Assembly: GCA_963841915.1 (NCBI GenBank)
Contig: CAWJEN010000003.1
Span: 128,001 to 192,000 of the forward strand
Length of the DNA stretch: 64,000 bases
Origin: an uncultured Planctomycetota bacterium
Lineage (GTDB): Bacteria; Planctomycetota; Phycisphaerae; Tepidisphaerales; Tepidisphaeraceae
Reading direction: 5' to 3'
In this document: positions 38,317 through 47,887 of the stretch, piece by piece
Position numbering within the stretch: position 1 is the first letter of the stretch
Layout: each line of letters opens with the position of its first letter
Position numbers and translations under genes: made by a program
The notes under the pieces: generated by a model
What the model was told of the DNA's origin: nothing
Databases searched by the model: none
Seen by the model: the letters and a program-made list of their open reading frames with translations, nothing else

Positions 38317-39597
38317 GTGTTCGGGCGACATCGTGAATCTCCAACGCCTGACGCAGTCGTCGTACCGGCCCACCGTCGGCCGCGGAAGCGAGGTCGTCGA
38401 GACACCAGCGTTGCGCGAGTTCGCCCGGGGCTCGACTTCTCACTCGTCGGGCTTGTCTACTGCTCGATGATGATGTTCCTGGGGCTTGCCGCGATCAACT
38501 CGCAGGCGAACCTGTTGTTTGCGGTGTTCGGCCTCATGATCGGCGTGTTGTTGGTCAGCGGCGTGATCAGTCGGCTGATGCTGGCAGGCGTTCGGGTCGA
38601 TCGCCGGTTGCCACCCTCGGCACAGGTGGGACGGCCGGTGAGACTTCGGTACAGCGTGACCAACCGCAAGCGTTTCTGGCCCACATTCAGCCTGACAATT
38701 GCCGAGCTGGACGCGGGCGGAACGGGTTCGCTTTTCGACCGTCAGCCGCACGCATACGTGCTTCACGCGGCCAGCGGCATGGCGGCCGAGGTCGCAGCCG
38801 ACGTCGTGCCGATGCGACGTGGTTGGGTTGATCTCGAACGGGTGCAGATCGCGACGAGTTTCCCGTTCGGCTTCATCAAGCGCGCGGTGATTCGGAGGAA
38901 AAAGGACCGCCTTCTCGTCGGGCCTCCGCGGGCGGCGCTGGAGCCGCGGGCGCTGACCAACTTTCTGGCAGCCGAAAGCACCGGCCTGAGCCAACGTCCG
39001 CGTCAAGGCGGCAGCGACGAACTGGTCGGCATTCGCGAATACCGGTCGGGCGATTCACCGCGCGAAATTCACTGGCGACGCAGTGCCCGGACGGCGACGG
39101 CTGGCGGCAACCTGGTCGTGCGGGAGATGCGTCGCAGCGCGCCGCCTCGCTTGCTCGTGCTGGCCGACACGTTCGCCCAAGGCCAGGCGACGGCCGAAGC
39201 TCTGGGTGCGGTCGAAAAGAACCTAGCCGTTGCTGCAAGTCTCATCGCCGGTGCTAGTGACCGAGGGCTGAGCGTCGGCCTGGTGGTTTGGACGGGCAAC
39301 AGCTTCCTGGAGGCCAAGCCCGATCGCGGCAAACGACATCGCGAAGAGCTGCTGCAAGCCTTGGCAGAGTCGCCGCGAAATGGGCTCGGCACTCTTGACG
39401 AGCTGACGACGATCGGCCAACGAATGGCCAAGGGTGATACGACCGGCGTGTTCATTACCGCAGTGGAAACGGTATCACTTCCCATCGGACGAGCATCGGC
39501 AAACCTGCAGCGGATCGAAACCAAGTCGCCGATGCTTGAACAGATCGTGCAGTTCCCTGACACGCTTGACTGGCAAGCGATGGCGACATCGGCCTGA
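38317..39597 (+). CDS. DUF58 (vWA-like) protein
   Basis: AAINSQANLL, FPFGF, IREYRSGD..IHWRRSAR. Confidence 0.85.
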   Translation: MFGRHRESPTPDAVVVPAHRRPRKRGRRDTSVARVRPGLDFSLVGLVYCSMMMFLGLAAINSQANLLFAVFGLMIGVLLVSGVISRLMLAGVRVDRRLPPSAQVGRPVRLRYSVTNRKRFWPTFSLTIAELDAGGTGSLFDRQPHAYVLHAASGMAAEVAADVVPMRRGWVDLERVQIATSFPFGFIKRAVIRRKKDRLLVGPPRAALEPRALTNFLAAESTGLSQRPRQGGSDELVGIREYRSGDSPREIHWRRSARTATAGGNLVVREMRRSAPPRLLVLADTFAQGQATAEALGAVEKNLAVAASLIAGASDRGLSVGLVVWTGNSFLEAKPDRGKRHREELLQALAESPRNGLGTLDELTTIGQRMAKGDTTGVFITAVETVSLPIGRASANLQRIETKSPMLEQIVQFPDTLDWQAMATSA

Positions 39598-39621
39598 CCG
39601 CGGTATAGCAGTAAGAAATAG

Positions 39622-40275
39622 TCAGGCCCACCGGAAGGTCGACCAGTAGGACTCTGTCGGCCGCTCGAAGTCAAAAGCCACCTCGGACATAAATGCTGGG
39701 CTGAAGCCGGCGAACGTCGCCCACTCGCCCTCGATCTTCCGCACGCTGACCGACTTACCGACCACGGCAGCGATGATGGCGAAAATGACGCAACCAATGA
39801 CGCCTAGGCCGGCGGCGAGGCCGTCATCGCCGAGCTGGATCGTTGTCGAGATGCCACCCGCCAAGGCCGCTACCGCAAGAAGTACAAGTGCCCACACACG
39901 CACGTGCTTCCGCCGTCGGGCGTCACTGCGAATGCTGTAGGTGGCAACAACCTTCTTCCGCTGAACAAAGTACAAGACGATCGCTACGAGAAGCAACGGC
40001 CCAAAGCAGAGCAGGCCCAGCACCGCCAATGCATTGACGTAGGGAGGCACCCAGGTCAGCTTCTTCGTCACGCGAAGCAACTTCACGTTGTCTGCCTCTG
40101 CCTCTTCGAAGCCATCTCCAGTGACGACGCAGATTCGCGGCAGATCAGCCATCGAAGTCCGCGTGATGACGTACTTGCCGTTTCTGCCCAGCTGTCCGTC
40201 GGGTCGAGAGTGCGCGTAGTCCAGTTCTAAGAGCTCGGCATCAAGTACCCTGTCACCTGTCGCCCCATCATGCAT
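39622..40275 (-). CDS. Hypothetical membrane protein
   Basis: LPRICVVTG motif, 3 TMs. Confidence 0.65.
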   Translation of the reverse strand: MHDGATGDRVLDAELLELDYAHSRPDGQLGRNGKYVITRTSMADLPRICVVTGDGFEEAEADNVKLLRVTKKLTWVPPYVNALAVLGLLCFGPLLLVAIVLYFVQRKKVVATYSIRSDARRRKHVRVWALVLLAVAALAGGISTTIQLGDDGLAAGLGVIGCVIFAIIAAVVGKSVSVRKIEGEWATFAGFSPAFMSEVAFDFERPTESYWSTFRWA

Positions 40276-40307
40276 TACAACGGTATAACCGCTGATGCAT
40301 TGTTTCG

Positions 40308-41423
40308 CTACAGCACCTCGGTAGCCCGCGGGTAGCTGCCGAGGATGGTCAGTTGTAGACAATGCTCCCTGGCCGCTTCGACGGCGGCCTGAACCGTCGG
40401 GTCGTCGGCGTGGCCTTGGGCGTCGACGAAAAAGACGTACTCCCAATTCGTCCTGCCGCTGGGCCGCTTTTCGATGTCGGTGAGGTTCACACCGCCTTCG
40501 CGGAAGGCGTCAAGCACTGCCGCCAGAGCTCCGGGCTTGTTGGCGGTGGTGAAGAGGATGCCCGTCTTGTCATCGTCCGTCGGCTTCCCCGTCTCGCGGC
40601 CGATGACCCAGAAGCGGGTCACGTTGTCCGGGTTGTCCTCGATGTTCTCGAACAGCATCGGCACGTCGTAGGTCTCACCCGCCAGCCGACTGGCGATGGC
40701 GGCGACGGTCGGATCGGTCGATGCTCGCTCGGCGGCGGCGCTCGTGCTGGCGGCGGGTTCGACCGTTCTTCCGCGGGCGACATTGCTCAGCCAGCCGCGA
40801 CACTGGGCAAGTACCTCAGGCTTTGTCGTGATGGTCTTGACATGGTCCCAGGGGCCACTGGCAAATACGCAGTGATGGATCGTGATGAGCACCTCGGCAC
40901 AGACGCGGGCTGACGGGTGGTCGAGGAACGCGTCGAGCGTGTCGATCACGCCGCCGTGGGAGGAATTTTCGACCGGCACGAGTCCGCAGTCGGCGTGCTG
41001 TCGCGAGACGGCAGAGAAGACGCCGTCGATGTCTCCAACGGCCACGTGCTCGACGCTGCTGCCAAATTTGCCGAGCGTCGCCGCATGGCTGAACGAACCC
41101 ATCGGCCCCAAGAACGACACACGCAGCGGTTTCTGCAACCCGATACTGCCCGACATGATTTCGCGCCAGACGGCCTCCAGCGTCCGATCGGGCAGCGGCC
41201 CGGCATTGAGGCCGCGAATCTTGTCGAGTACCGCCTTCTCCCGGCTCGGCACGTAGAACGACGCTTCGGCACCGTTGCCCCCGGCTGCTTCACGCTTGGT
41301 GCGGCCGATCTTGACCGACACGTTCGCCCGCTCGTTGAGCAGCTCGACCAGGCGATGGTCGATTTCGTCGATCCGCGAGCGGAGGGGCGACAATTTCTGT
41401 TCAAGCGGGTCCGCCTCAGGCAT
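40308..41423 (-). CDS. pheA: Chorismate mutase/prephenate dehydratase
   Basis: LRSRIDEID, LGPMGSFS, PVENS, DNVTRF, ACT domain. Confidence 0.95.
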   Translation of the reverse strand: MPEADPLEQKLSPLRSRIDEIDHRLVELLNERANVSVKIGRTKREAAGGNGAEASFYVPSREKAVLDKIRGLNAGPLPDRTLEAVWREIMSGSIGLQKPLRVSFLGPMGSFSHAATLGKFGSSVEHVAVGDIDGVFSAVSRQHADCGLVPVENSSHGGVIDTLDAFLDHPSARVCAEVLITIHHCVFASGPWDHVKTITTKPEVLAQCRGWLSNVARGRTVEPAASTSAAAERASTDPTVAAIASRLAGETYDVPMLFENIEDNPDNVTRFWVIGRETGKPTDDDKTGILFTTANKPGALAAVLDAFREGGVNLTDIEKRPSGRTNWEYVFFVDAQGHADDPTVQAAVEAAREHCLQLTILGSYPRATEVL

Positions 41424-41489
41424 AGCCGCAGGATACGACACAAACGGCTGACGCTCGAACCCGAATCGTGCCGATACCCGAAGAGTCGC

Positions 41490-42200
41490 ATGCCCGACGA
41501 GCCGCCTATTGCTGCGCCGACCACGTTGCCTGCCGAATGGCAGTCAGTGCAGGACGTGCCCGTCGTGATTTACGACGTGGTAGAGCCCATCGCCTGGCCT
41601 GACAGGACGGACTTAATCGAATTGGCAGCCGGTACCGACGCGGTGCTGGCGACGGTACTTGTTGCACTCGGTGCCGCGGCAGCGCTGTATGGCTACCGCA
41701 TGTATCGCGGACTCGCAGCGCTCGCGCTAGCAGGTCTCGGTGTCTGGGGCGGTTGGCTTGTCGCAAAGCCGTACGACGCGACGACTGCTGGCATGATGCT
41801 CGGTGGCGTTGTCGCCGCTGCAGCAGCCTGGCCGTCGGCGCGGCTCAGTGTTGCCCTCTGCGGCGGCATCGTCGGCGCCGTCATCGGCGGGGCAGCCTGG
41901 CGGGCGCTCGGACTCGCAGACGCCTACACACCGGCCGGCGCGACCATTGGGCTCGTCTTTCTCGTCATGCTCGTCTTTGTCAGCCTCCGGGCGGCGGCCA
42001 TCCTCACCTTCGGCACGCTCGGCGTCGTCCTGCTGCTAGGTGGTCTGCTCGGCCTGCTAATGCGGTATGGCATCATCGCTGACCTCGTACACGATCAAGT
42101 CGCCAGCTCGCCGGTGCTGCTACCTGCAATCCTGTTGATGCTCGTTGTCGTCTGCAGCTTCGTGCAGCAGGCCTGGGCACATGCAATTGATACTGATTAG
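41490..42200 (+). CDS. Hypothetical polytopic membrane protein (DUF4203-like)
   Basis: About 7 Gly/Ala-rich TMs, YGYRMYR. Confidence 0.6.
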   Translation: MPDEPPIAAPTTLPAEWQSVQDVPVVIYDVVEPIAWPDRTDLIELAAGTDAVLATVLVALGAAAALYGYRMYRGLAALALAGLGVWGGWLVAKPYDATTAGMMLGGVVAAAAAWPSARLSVALCGGIVGAVIGGAAWRALGLADAYTPAGATIGLVFLVMLVFVSLRAAAILTFGTLGVVLLLGGLLGLLMRYGIIADLVHDQVASSPVLLPAILLMLVVVCSFVQQAWAHAIDTD

Positions 42201-43435
42201 CGCACGATCGCCCGGTACAGCGTGTCGCGTTCAACGGGCGTGCAGCCGGCGTCGCGGATCGTTCGCTCCAGCGTGCTGACGTGCAGCTCCTGCCGCTGCG
42301 TCCCACCGCCGGCCTGCCGTTTGGTGATGTCGTACCAAACGACGGTTCCGTCTAGGTCGTCGCAGCCATACGCAAGGGCGGTCTGCGACAGGCCGAGACT
42401 TTGCATGATCCAGAACGCCTTGATGTGGGCGATGTTATTGCACATCAGGCGTGACAGGGCCAACGTCCGCAGGTCGGTCAGGCCGGTCGGCCCGGGCAGG
42501 TGACCCAACTCGCTGTGCTCCGGGATGAAGCTCAGCGGAATCACACAGTTGAAGCAGCTCTTACCGTGCTCATCGATGGCAGAGGCTGTCTGGTCGCTCG
42601 TCGGTGGCACGTCCGGGTCGAGGCCCATGTTGGCCAAAGACGTCGCTTGGTGCTCTCGCAGTTTGATCAGGTGCTGCACCCGCTCGTCGGCACCCTCGAG
42701 GTGGCCGTAGAGCATCGTCGCGTTGCTGAAGAGCCCGTTGTCATGAGCGGCGCGGTGGACGCCGAACCACTTGTCTTCGCGCACCTTGCCCTTGAAGGCC
42801 TCGTCGTGCACGCGATCGTCGAAGATCTCGGCCCCGCCACCTGGCAGGCTGCCAAGGCCGGCCTCGCGAAGTGCCTGGAGCACCTCGCCCACATCCATCC
42901 TCGCAATCCGGCTGAAGTGTACGATCTCGATTGCCGTGAACGCTTTGATGTGCAGCCCGGGCGCGACGTCCCGGATGCCACGGAGGAACTGCAGGTAGTA
43001 GTCGAGCTTGTGCCACGGGTGCAGCCCACCGACGATGTGAACCTCCGTCGCCCCGTCATCCCAGGCCTTTTTTGCGGTGGCAAGGACCTGCTCTACGGGC
43101 ATCTCGTACGCGCCGGCCTCGCCGCGTTTGCGGTAGAAGCTGCAGAACTTGCAGTTCAAGGCGCAAACGTTCGTGTAATTGATGTGGCGATTGCGGTTGT
43201 AGAACGCGACGTTGCCGTGCAGCCGTTGACGGACGGCATTGGCAAGTCGCCCGACGCCGTGGATGTCGCGGGTCGTAGCGAGCAGCCGACCATCTTCGAA
43301 CGACAGCGGCACGCCTTCACGCACTTTGGCTGCTACCGACTTCAGATCGCGGTCGGCCACGCGATACGGATCGCGCACCGGCCGGCGGGAGCTTTGCAGG
43401 TTCGTCTTCCCGGCTTCGTCAACAACAACGGTCAC
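42197..43435 (-). CDS. mqnE: Aminofutalosine synthase-like radical SAM (CofH/MqnE family)
   Basis: INYTNVCALNCKFC, EVHIVGG, HIKAFT, PGGGAEIF, NATMLYGH, HIKAFW. Confidence 0.85.
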   Translation of the reverse strand: MTVVVDEAGKTNLQSSRRPVRDPYRVADRDLKSVAAKVREGVPLSFEDGRLLATTRDIHGVGRLANAVRQRLHGNVAFYNRNRHINYTNVCALNCKFCSFYRKRGEAGAYEMPVEQVLATAKKAWDDGATEVHIVGGLHPWHKLDYYLQFLRGIRDVAPGLHIKAFTAIEIVHFSRIARMDVGEVLQALREAGLGSLPGGGAEIFDDRVHDEAFKGKVREDKWFGVHRAAHDNGLFSNATMLYGHLEGADERVQHLIKLREHQATSLANMGLDPDVPPTSDQTASAIDEHGKSCFNCVIPLSFIPEHSELGHLPGPTGLTDLRTLALSRLMCNNIAHIKAFWIMQSLGLSQTALAYGCDDLDGTVVWYDITKRQAGGGTQRQELHVSTLERTIRDAGCTPVERDTLYRAIVR

Positions 43436-43505
43436 GCTGACAGTTTAGTCGGCGTGACCGGCGGGTTTGCGAGTTATCGCAGATCCTGAAAGCCCGGCGC
43501 GTAAA

Positions 43506-43997
43506 TCACTCGTCAGGACTGTCGATGTCGGGCAGGCCTGAGCCGCTTTCTGCATCGTTGTCCTCGACGTTGAGCTTGCCGTCGTTGTTGGGGTCGAGCC
43601 CGCCACCGAGGCCGTCGCCGCCTTCGTCCATGTCACGTGCGTCCTGCACGATTGGACCAGAATTGGCGTCAGGCGAGCCACCCGACGGCGGACCACCGAC
43701 GGCCAGACGCTTGCCGCTGCGGTCGTAGATACGCTGCTTGGCGGCACCATCTTCGATATACGTCACCTCGTAGAGGACACCATCGTCACCATCAATTACG
43801 TCAACAGAGGTAATAACCGCACCTTCTAGGTCGGCCTCGACCTGATCAGCCAACTCGGGCGGCATGCCCTGGAGCTCGCTGTTGAATTCGACAGCGATCG
43901 GATCCGCCAGCTCTGGCTCATCGGCAGCGCAGCCGACGATGGCAACACCGAAACACGCGGCGGACAACAACTTCAACGTCGACTTGCTTGTGAACAT
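43506..43997 (-). CDS. Acidic lipoprotein, unknown function
   Basis: Lipobox IVGC; PepSY/BLIP-like YEV segment. Confidence 0.65.
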   Translation of the reverse strand: MFTSKSTLKLLSAACFGVAIVGCAADEPELADPIAVEFNSELQGMPPELADQVEADLEGAVITSVDVIDGDDGVLYEVTYIEDGAAKQRIYDRSGKRLAVGGPPSGGSPDANSGPIVQDARDMDEGGDGLGGGLDPNNDGKLNVEDNDAESGSGLPDIDSPDE

Positions 43998-44053
43998 GCA
44001 ACCCGTTGTACCGCATGTGTCGTCGACAGGCTACGCCCGTTCTTACCTGCTAC

Positions 44054-45439
44054 CTAGGCCGCTTCCTTCTTTGTGACGACGGCCGGGCTGCGGTGTCGAT
44101 CGCGATCCTCCCAAAGGTTTTGAGCTCGCCTGAGGTATCGCTCCAGCGATGCCGGGTCTTCCTGATCGCGGATGGACAGACGCGTCTGTTCGCGTAGGGC
44201 ACCGAGGTACTGGAACGCTTGTGCTTCGCGACCGAGGTGGACGTTGATCGCGACGAGCTGGTAGGCGGCCTTGTACATGCCGCCGCCTTTGACCTCGCCG
44301 AATGCTTTGCCCAGCCAGGCCGCAGCGGCGGCCCGGTGTTTCATGACGCGTTCGCTGGCGACGCCCAGCTTCTCCTGCAACATCGCCCGACGCAGCTCGT
44401 ACCCGCCGAGTCGTAGCAGCTCGACCGACCGCCGCACCGGAGCCGCCTCGTACAACGTTCGACTCGATTGAATGGCCACTTCATAAGCGACGAGGCTCTG
44501 CTTGAGGTCGCGATTCCAGCTGAAGAAGTCATCGTCGGGATCGCACCCGAGTCGGTCGTGAGCGCTGAGCCCGCGATGCCCACTGGTTCCGGTGATCTTC
44601 TGCCGCGTGACGTGGTCGATCTTGTAGGTTGCTTTGGCAGCTGCGTCATCCGCGTTGTCGCCGATCGAGCCGTTCGGGTCGTCGAAGTAATTGGCGTCGC
44701 TCGTGGCAAAGAAGCACTCGCGGCAGATCGCGATGCCAGCCAGGTTGTAATCGACAAAGTCTCCGAGGCCGCCGTCCTTGTAGACAGGCACGTCGAAGAT
44801 GTCGGTCTCGCTGTAGACCTTGCCCGTGCGGAGCTGGTAGTAGTCGATCGGCACGCCGAACGAGTGGAAGGGGCATGACAACTCGCGACGAAGCAATGCG
44901 CTGCAGCCATGGACGAATTTGTTGCTCCCGCGGCCGGCCGACGACCCGCCACGCATCTGCTTTTGCTCCACGTGGAATGCAGCAGCGGCGGCGAAGTTCT
45001 CGCGAATCGCGCTACAGGTCAACGGACGCGTCAAGATGGCGAAAGCCTCCTGCTCCCGCAGAGCACGCAGTTTCCGCTCGTCGGCCTTAGGCGGTGCGAC
45101 CAGCAACAGCGCGCTGGCAGCCGTTGCCGGGTGGCGACTGAGAATGCGGCCGACATAGCCAAGGTCGAGGCCGTTCATACCGGTGTCGATCAGGATGACG
45201 GCCGGTTTGTGCCGCTTGGCAGCTTCGACAATGGACCGGCCGTCGGTCACGATATCGATCCTGGCCCCTTCGCCACCGACAATTGTTTGCAGGGCTGTCG
45301 TCTCTGCAGCGTTGCCCTCGCAGATCAGCACGTGGCTGCCAACGAGAGGATTCACTTCGTTCGTCGGGTCAGATGCCACAACAGGTTCATCGACCGGGTC
45401 GGCCGCTCCCTTAACGCCAGCCGTCGTCGTACTTCTCAT
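44054..45439 (-). CDS. Atypical receiver domain + DUF2225-like zinc-finger/helical protein
   Basis: N-terminal REC fold (VLICE, ILID, TRP); CPFH..CRECFFA; helical C-terminus. Confidence 0.65.
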   Translation of the reverse strand: MRSTTTAGVKGAADPVDEPVVASDPTNEVNPLVGSHVLICEGNAAETTALQTIVGGEGARIDIVTDGRSIVEAAKRHKPAVILIDTGMNGLDLGYVGRILSRHPATAASALLLVAPPKADERKLRALREQEAFAILTRPLTCSAIRENFAAAAAFHVEQKQMRGGSSAGRGSNKFVHGCSALLRRELSCPFHSFGVPIDYYQLRTGKVYSETDIFDVPVYKDGGLGDFVDYNLAGIAICRECFFATSDANYFDDPNGSIGDNADDAAAKATYKIDHVTRQKITGTSGHRGLSAHDRLGCDPDDDFFSWNRDLKQSLVAYEVAIQSSRTLYEAAPVRRSVELLRLGGYELRRAMLQEKLGVASERVMKHRAAAAAWLGKAFGEVKGGGMYKAAYQLVAINVHLGREAQAFQYLGALREQTRLSIRDQEDPASLERYLRRAQNLWEDRDRHRSPAVVTKKEAA

Positions 45440-46313
45440 ACGTCACCGACGACCCGTCACCAAAGGCAGGCCCTTCGAGCGTGCGGACCTGCACGGTCAG
45501 GCGGTCGTGCTCCAGGCCGTCGTGGGCGCGGCTTTCGATCGTGATGCGGTTGTACGCGTTTGGCTCACCGCGTCGGCGATGGCTACAGGCGGTGCCGGCT
45601 TGCACACTCAGGATCGACCGCCGGACGGCCTCGTGGTGGTTTCGGACATCGCCGCTGTAATTCATGTGCAGGTGACCGGCCAACAACAGCTCGACGCCCG
45701 CTGCCTCGAGCGTGCGAAGCGCCCGCTTGCTGCCACGGATAATCTGACCATTGGCTTGGACATTGTCAGCGGGTGCTTCGTCGGTCTCGCCCTCGAATGT
45801 GACCGTGCCGTGACTGCCCGCATCGGGTGGTGGCAGGAACGGGTGGTGCGTGACGACCACCTTGAACGCGTCATCCGCTGCGTCCGAGGCGGCCAGGTGG
45901 ACGTCGAGCAACTGGTCACACGAGATGCGACCGTCCTTCCAGAACCCGCTCCAGGTCCACGAAAATGACCTTGCTGTGTTGAGGCCGACGACGAGTAGTT
46001 CGTCGTCGGCGTACGTCGGTCGCAGGTCGCGCGAGACGCCGCGCTTATACTTGCTCATCGGTGCCAGGAAGCGGGTAAAGACGTCGTGCAACGGCACATC
46101 GTGGTTTCCCGGCACATACAAGTGCGGCCCCGGCATGTCGGCTAGGAAATCCATCGCCGCCTTGAACTGACCGACACGCGCGCGCTGCGTGAAGTCACCG
46201 CTGACGATCAGCAGGTCGTACGGCTCTGCCAGCAGGTCATCGCGCAGCGCCTTGACCGCTGCGGGGTCCTCGGCACCGAAGTGGATGTCGCTGATCTGGG
46301 CCAGGGTCCGCAC
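45411..46313 (-). CDS. CpdA-like metallophosphoesterase
   Basis: SDIHFG, SGDFT, PGNHD, THHP, AGHLH. Confidence 0.88.
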   Translation of the reverse strand: MRTLAQISDIHFGAEDPAAVKALRDDLLAEPYDLLIVSGDFTQRARVGQFKAAMDFLADMPGPHLYVPGNHDVPLHDVFTRFLAPMSKYKRGVSRDLRPTYADDELLVVGLNTARSFSWTWSGFWKDGRISCDQLLDVHLAASDAADDAFKVVVTHHPFLPPPDAGSHGTVTFEGETDEAPADNVQANGQIIRGSKRALRTLEAAGVELLLAGHLHMNYSGDVRNHHEAVRRSILSVQAGTACSHRRRGEPNAYNRITIESRAHDGLEHDRLTVQVRTLEGPAFGDGSSVTYEKYDDGWR

Positions 46314-46376
46314 AGGCAGCGACCCTAGCCGACGTGCTTCGCTCCCGTCGGCAGGTTGTGCCGATATCATGGGAAC

Positions 46377-47657
46377 GTGAGCCCCTCACCCGAATGCATC
46401 ATTCGTCTTGCCGTTGCCCTGGCTCTAGTCGGCGTGGCCGGTTGCGTCACACGGGAAGGCCCACCACCGCTGCCGCCGGTCGATCAGGGGCAAGACCCTG
46501 ATGTCCGCACCATTGACGAGGTCGGTAATGATCCCGTTGAAGCACCGCTCACCCCCGCAGGTGTCGAGCAGGTCGACGATCCAATTGGAGGCATCTCGCA
46601 AGGCAACCCGGTGGAACCTGCTGAGGGCTACCGCACCATCGGTGGCGTCCTCGGTGAGGTCAACGGCAAGGCGATCTATGCGACCGATGTCATCGACGCA
46701 CGACGCAACCAGCTCCGGGCACTGGCCCTGCGCCTGCCGCCGACGCAGTTCGCCCAGGAAGCCGGCCGCATCTTGATGGAAGAGGTCAGCGACCGGACCC
46801 GCAACGCGATCCTGCTGAGCATCTTCGAACGCAACGCCAGCCAGGGCGAACAACAGCTTGCCACGCTCATGACCACCGCCTGGCGGTTGCAGTTCATCAC
46901 GCAGCACGGCGGCAGCGAGGCAGAAGCCCGCCGGGCAGCACGCGAGCAGTACGGCATGAGCCTCGAAGCCCTTGGCGAGGACGAGTATCAGCGGCATCTG
47001 TCCCGCACCTTCGTCCGCAAGAACATCATGCCCCACATCAGGCCCACTGCGGTCGAGGTTCGGCAAGAATACGAACGGCTTCGTAAAGCGGGCGAGCTCG
47101 ATCAGGCTGGAGAGATCGACTTCTCCATCATCGAGTTTCGACCCGACGCCGACGATGAAGTTTCCCTTGCAGCCATGCAGAATCAGGCCGCCGAGGTTCG
47201 TCAGCGGGCACTTGCCGGTGAGAGTTTCGACGAGCTGGCCCGCGTCTTCAACGACAATCCCGCACTTGCCTCCAGCGGCGGTCGCTTGCCGGCGTCGCTG
47301 CTGCCGCTGGCCAAGGGTTCGTACGCCGTTGCCGCGGTAGATGAGGCCGCGTGGGAGACGCAGGAGGGCGATGTCTCACCTGTCATTGCGCATGACGGCA
47401 AGCTGTTTCTCGTGAAGGTCAACACGAAGCTCATGCCCCGCACGCTCGGCTTCGATGAAGTGCAACGCAACGTGCTTGAGCAGATGGCCGCCCAAGAGCA
47501 ACAAAGGCGGCTCAACGTCTACCAGAAGGCCGAGATCGCCCGTCTCGAACAACCGACCGGTGACGAGCAACGGCAGATGCTCGCCACCGCGCTTGAAATC
47601 GTTATGCAGGAGTATGACCGCTGGCGCGACGAAGCCACGTCTAGTTCAACGAATTGA
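46377..47657 (+). CDS. SurA/PpiC-type peptidyl-prolyl isomerase lipoprotein
   Basis: Lipobox VAGC, EVNG, GESFDELAR..GG, GDVSPVI. Confidence 0.78.
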   Translation: MSPSPECIIRLAVALALVGVAGCVTREGPPPLPPVDQGQDPDVRTIDEVGNDPVEAPLTPAGVEQVDDPIGGISQGNPVEPAEGYRTIGGVLGEVNGKAIYATDVIDARRNQLRALALRLPPTQFAQEAGRILMEEVSDRTRNAILLSIFERNASQGEQQLATLMTTAWRLQFITQHGGSEAEARRAAREQYGMSLEALGEDEYQRHLSRTFVRKNIMPHIRPTAVEVRQEYERLRKAGELDQAGEIDFSIIEFRPDADDEVSLAAMQNQAAEVRQRALAGESFDELARVFNDNPALASSGGRLPASLLPLAKGSYAVAAVDEAAWETQEGDVSPVIAHDGKLFLVKVNTKLMPRTLGFDEVQRNVLEQMAAQEQQRRLNVYQKAEIARLEQPTGDEQRQMLATALEIVMQEYDRWRDEATSSSTN

Positions 47658-47715
47658 GCTCAAGCGCTGCGCCGCGGCGGCCATTTGGGGGGCGGAAGTT
47701 GAAGATCGAGCCCAA

Positions 47716-47731
47716 TGTTCCACGTGGAACA
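47716..47731. promoter_or_regulatory. parS site
   Basis: Perfect TGTTCCACGTGGAACA. Confidence 0.92.
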
Positions 47732-47789
47732 TCGGCAAGTGCGTTCGCCGAGCGTGGCGAGGGTTGGGCGAGTCGCCGAAGCCGCGAAA

Positions 47790-47805
47790 TGTTCCACGTG
47801 GAACA
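47790..47805. promoter_or_regulatory. parS site
   Basis: Perfect TGTTCCACGTGGAACA. Confidence 0.92.
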
Positions 47806-47887
47806 ATTTCAGCTTGCCCAGTGCGTCGGCGGGTCGTCGTTTGCGGTTGACAACACGGTCGCAGTAGAGGAAAAATTCTTGCCTCAG

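Noticed and set aside
44964..44979. Sixth parS-like site TGCTCCACGTGGAATG
   Set aside because: Three mismatches, broken palindrome and inside a CDS; plausibly chance
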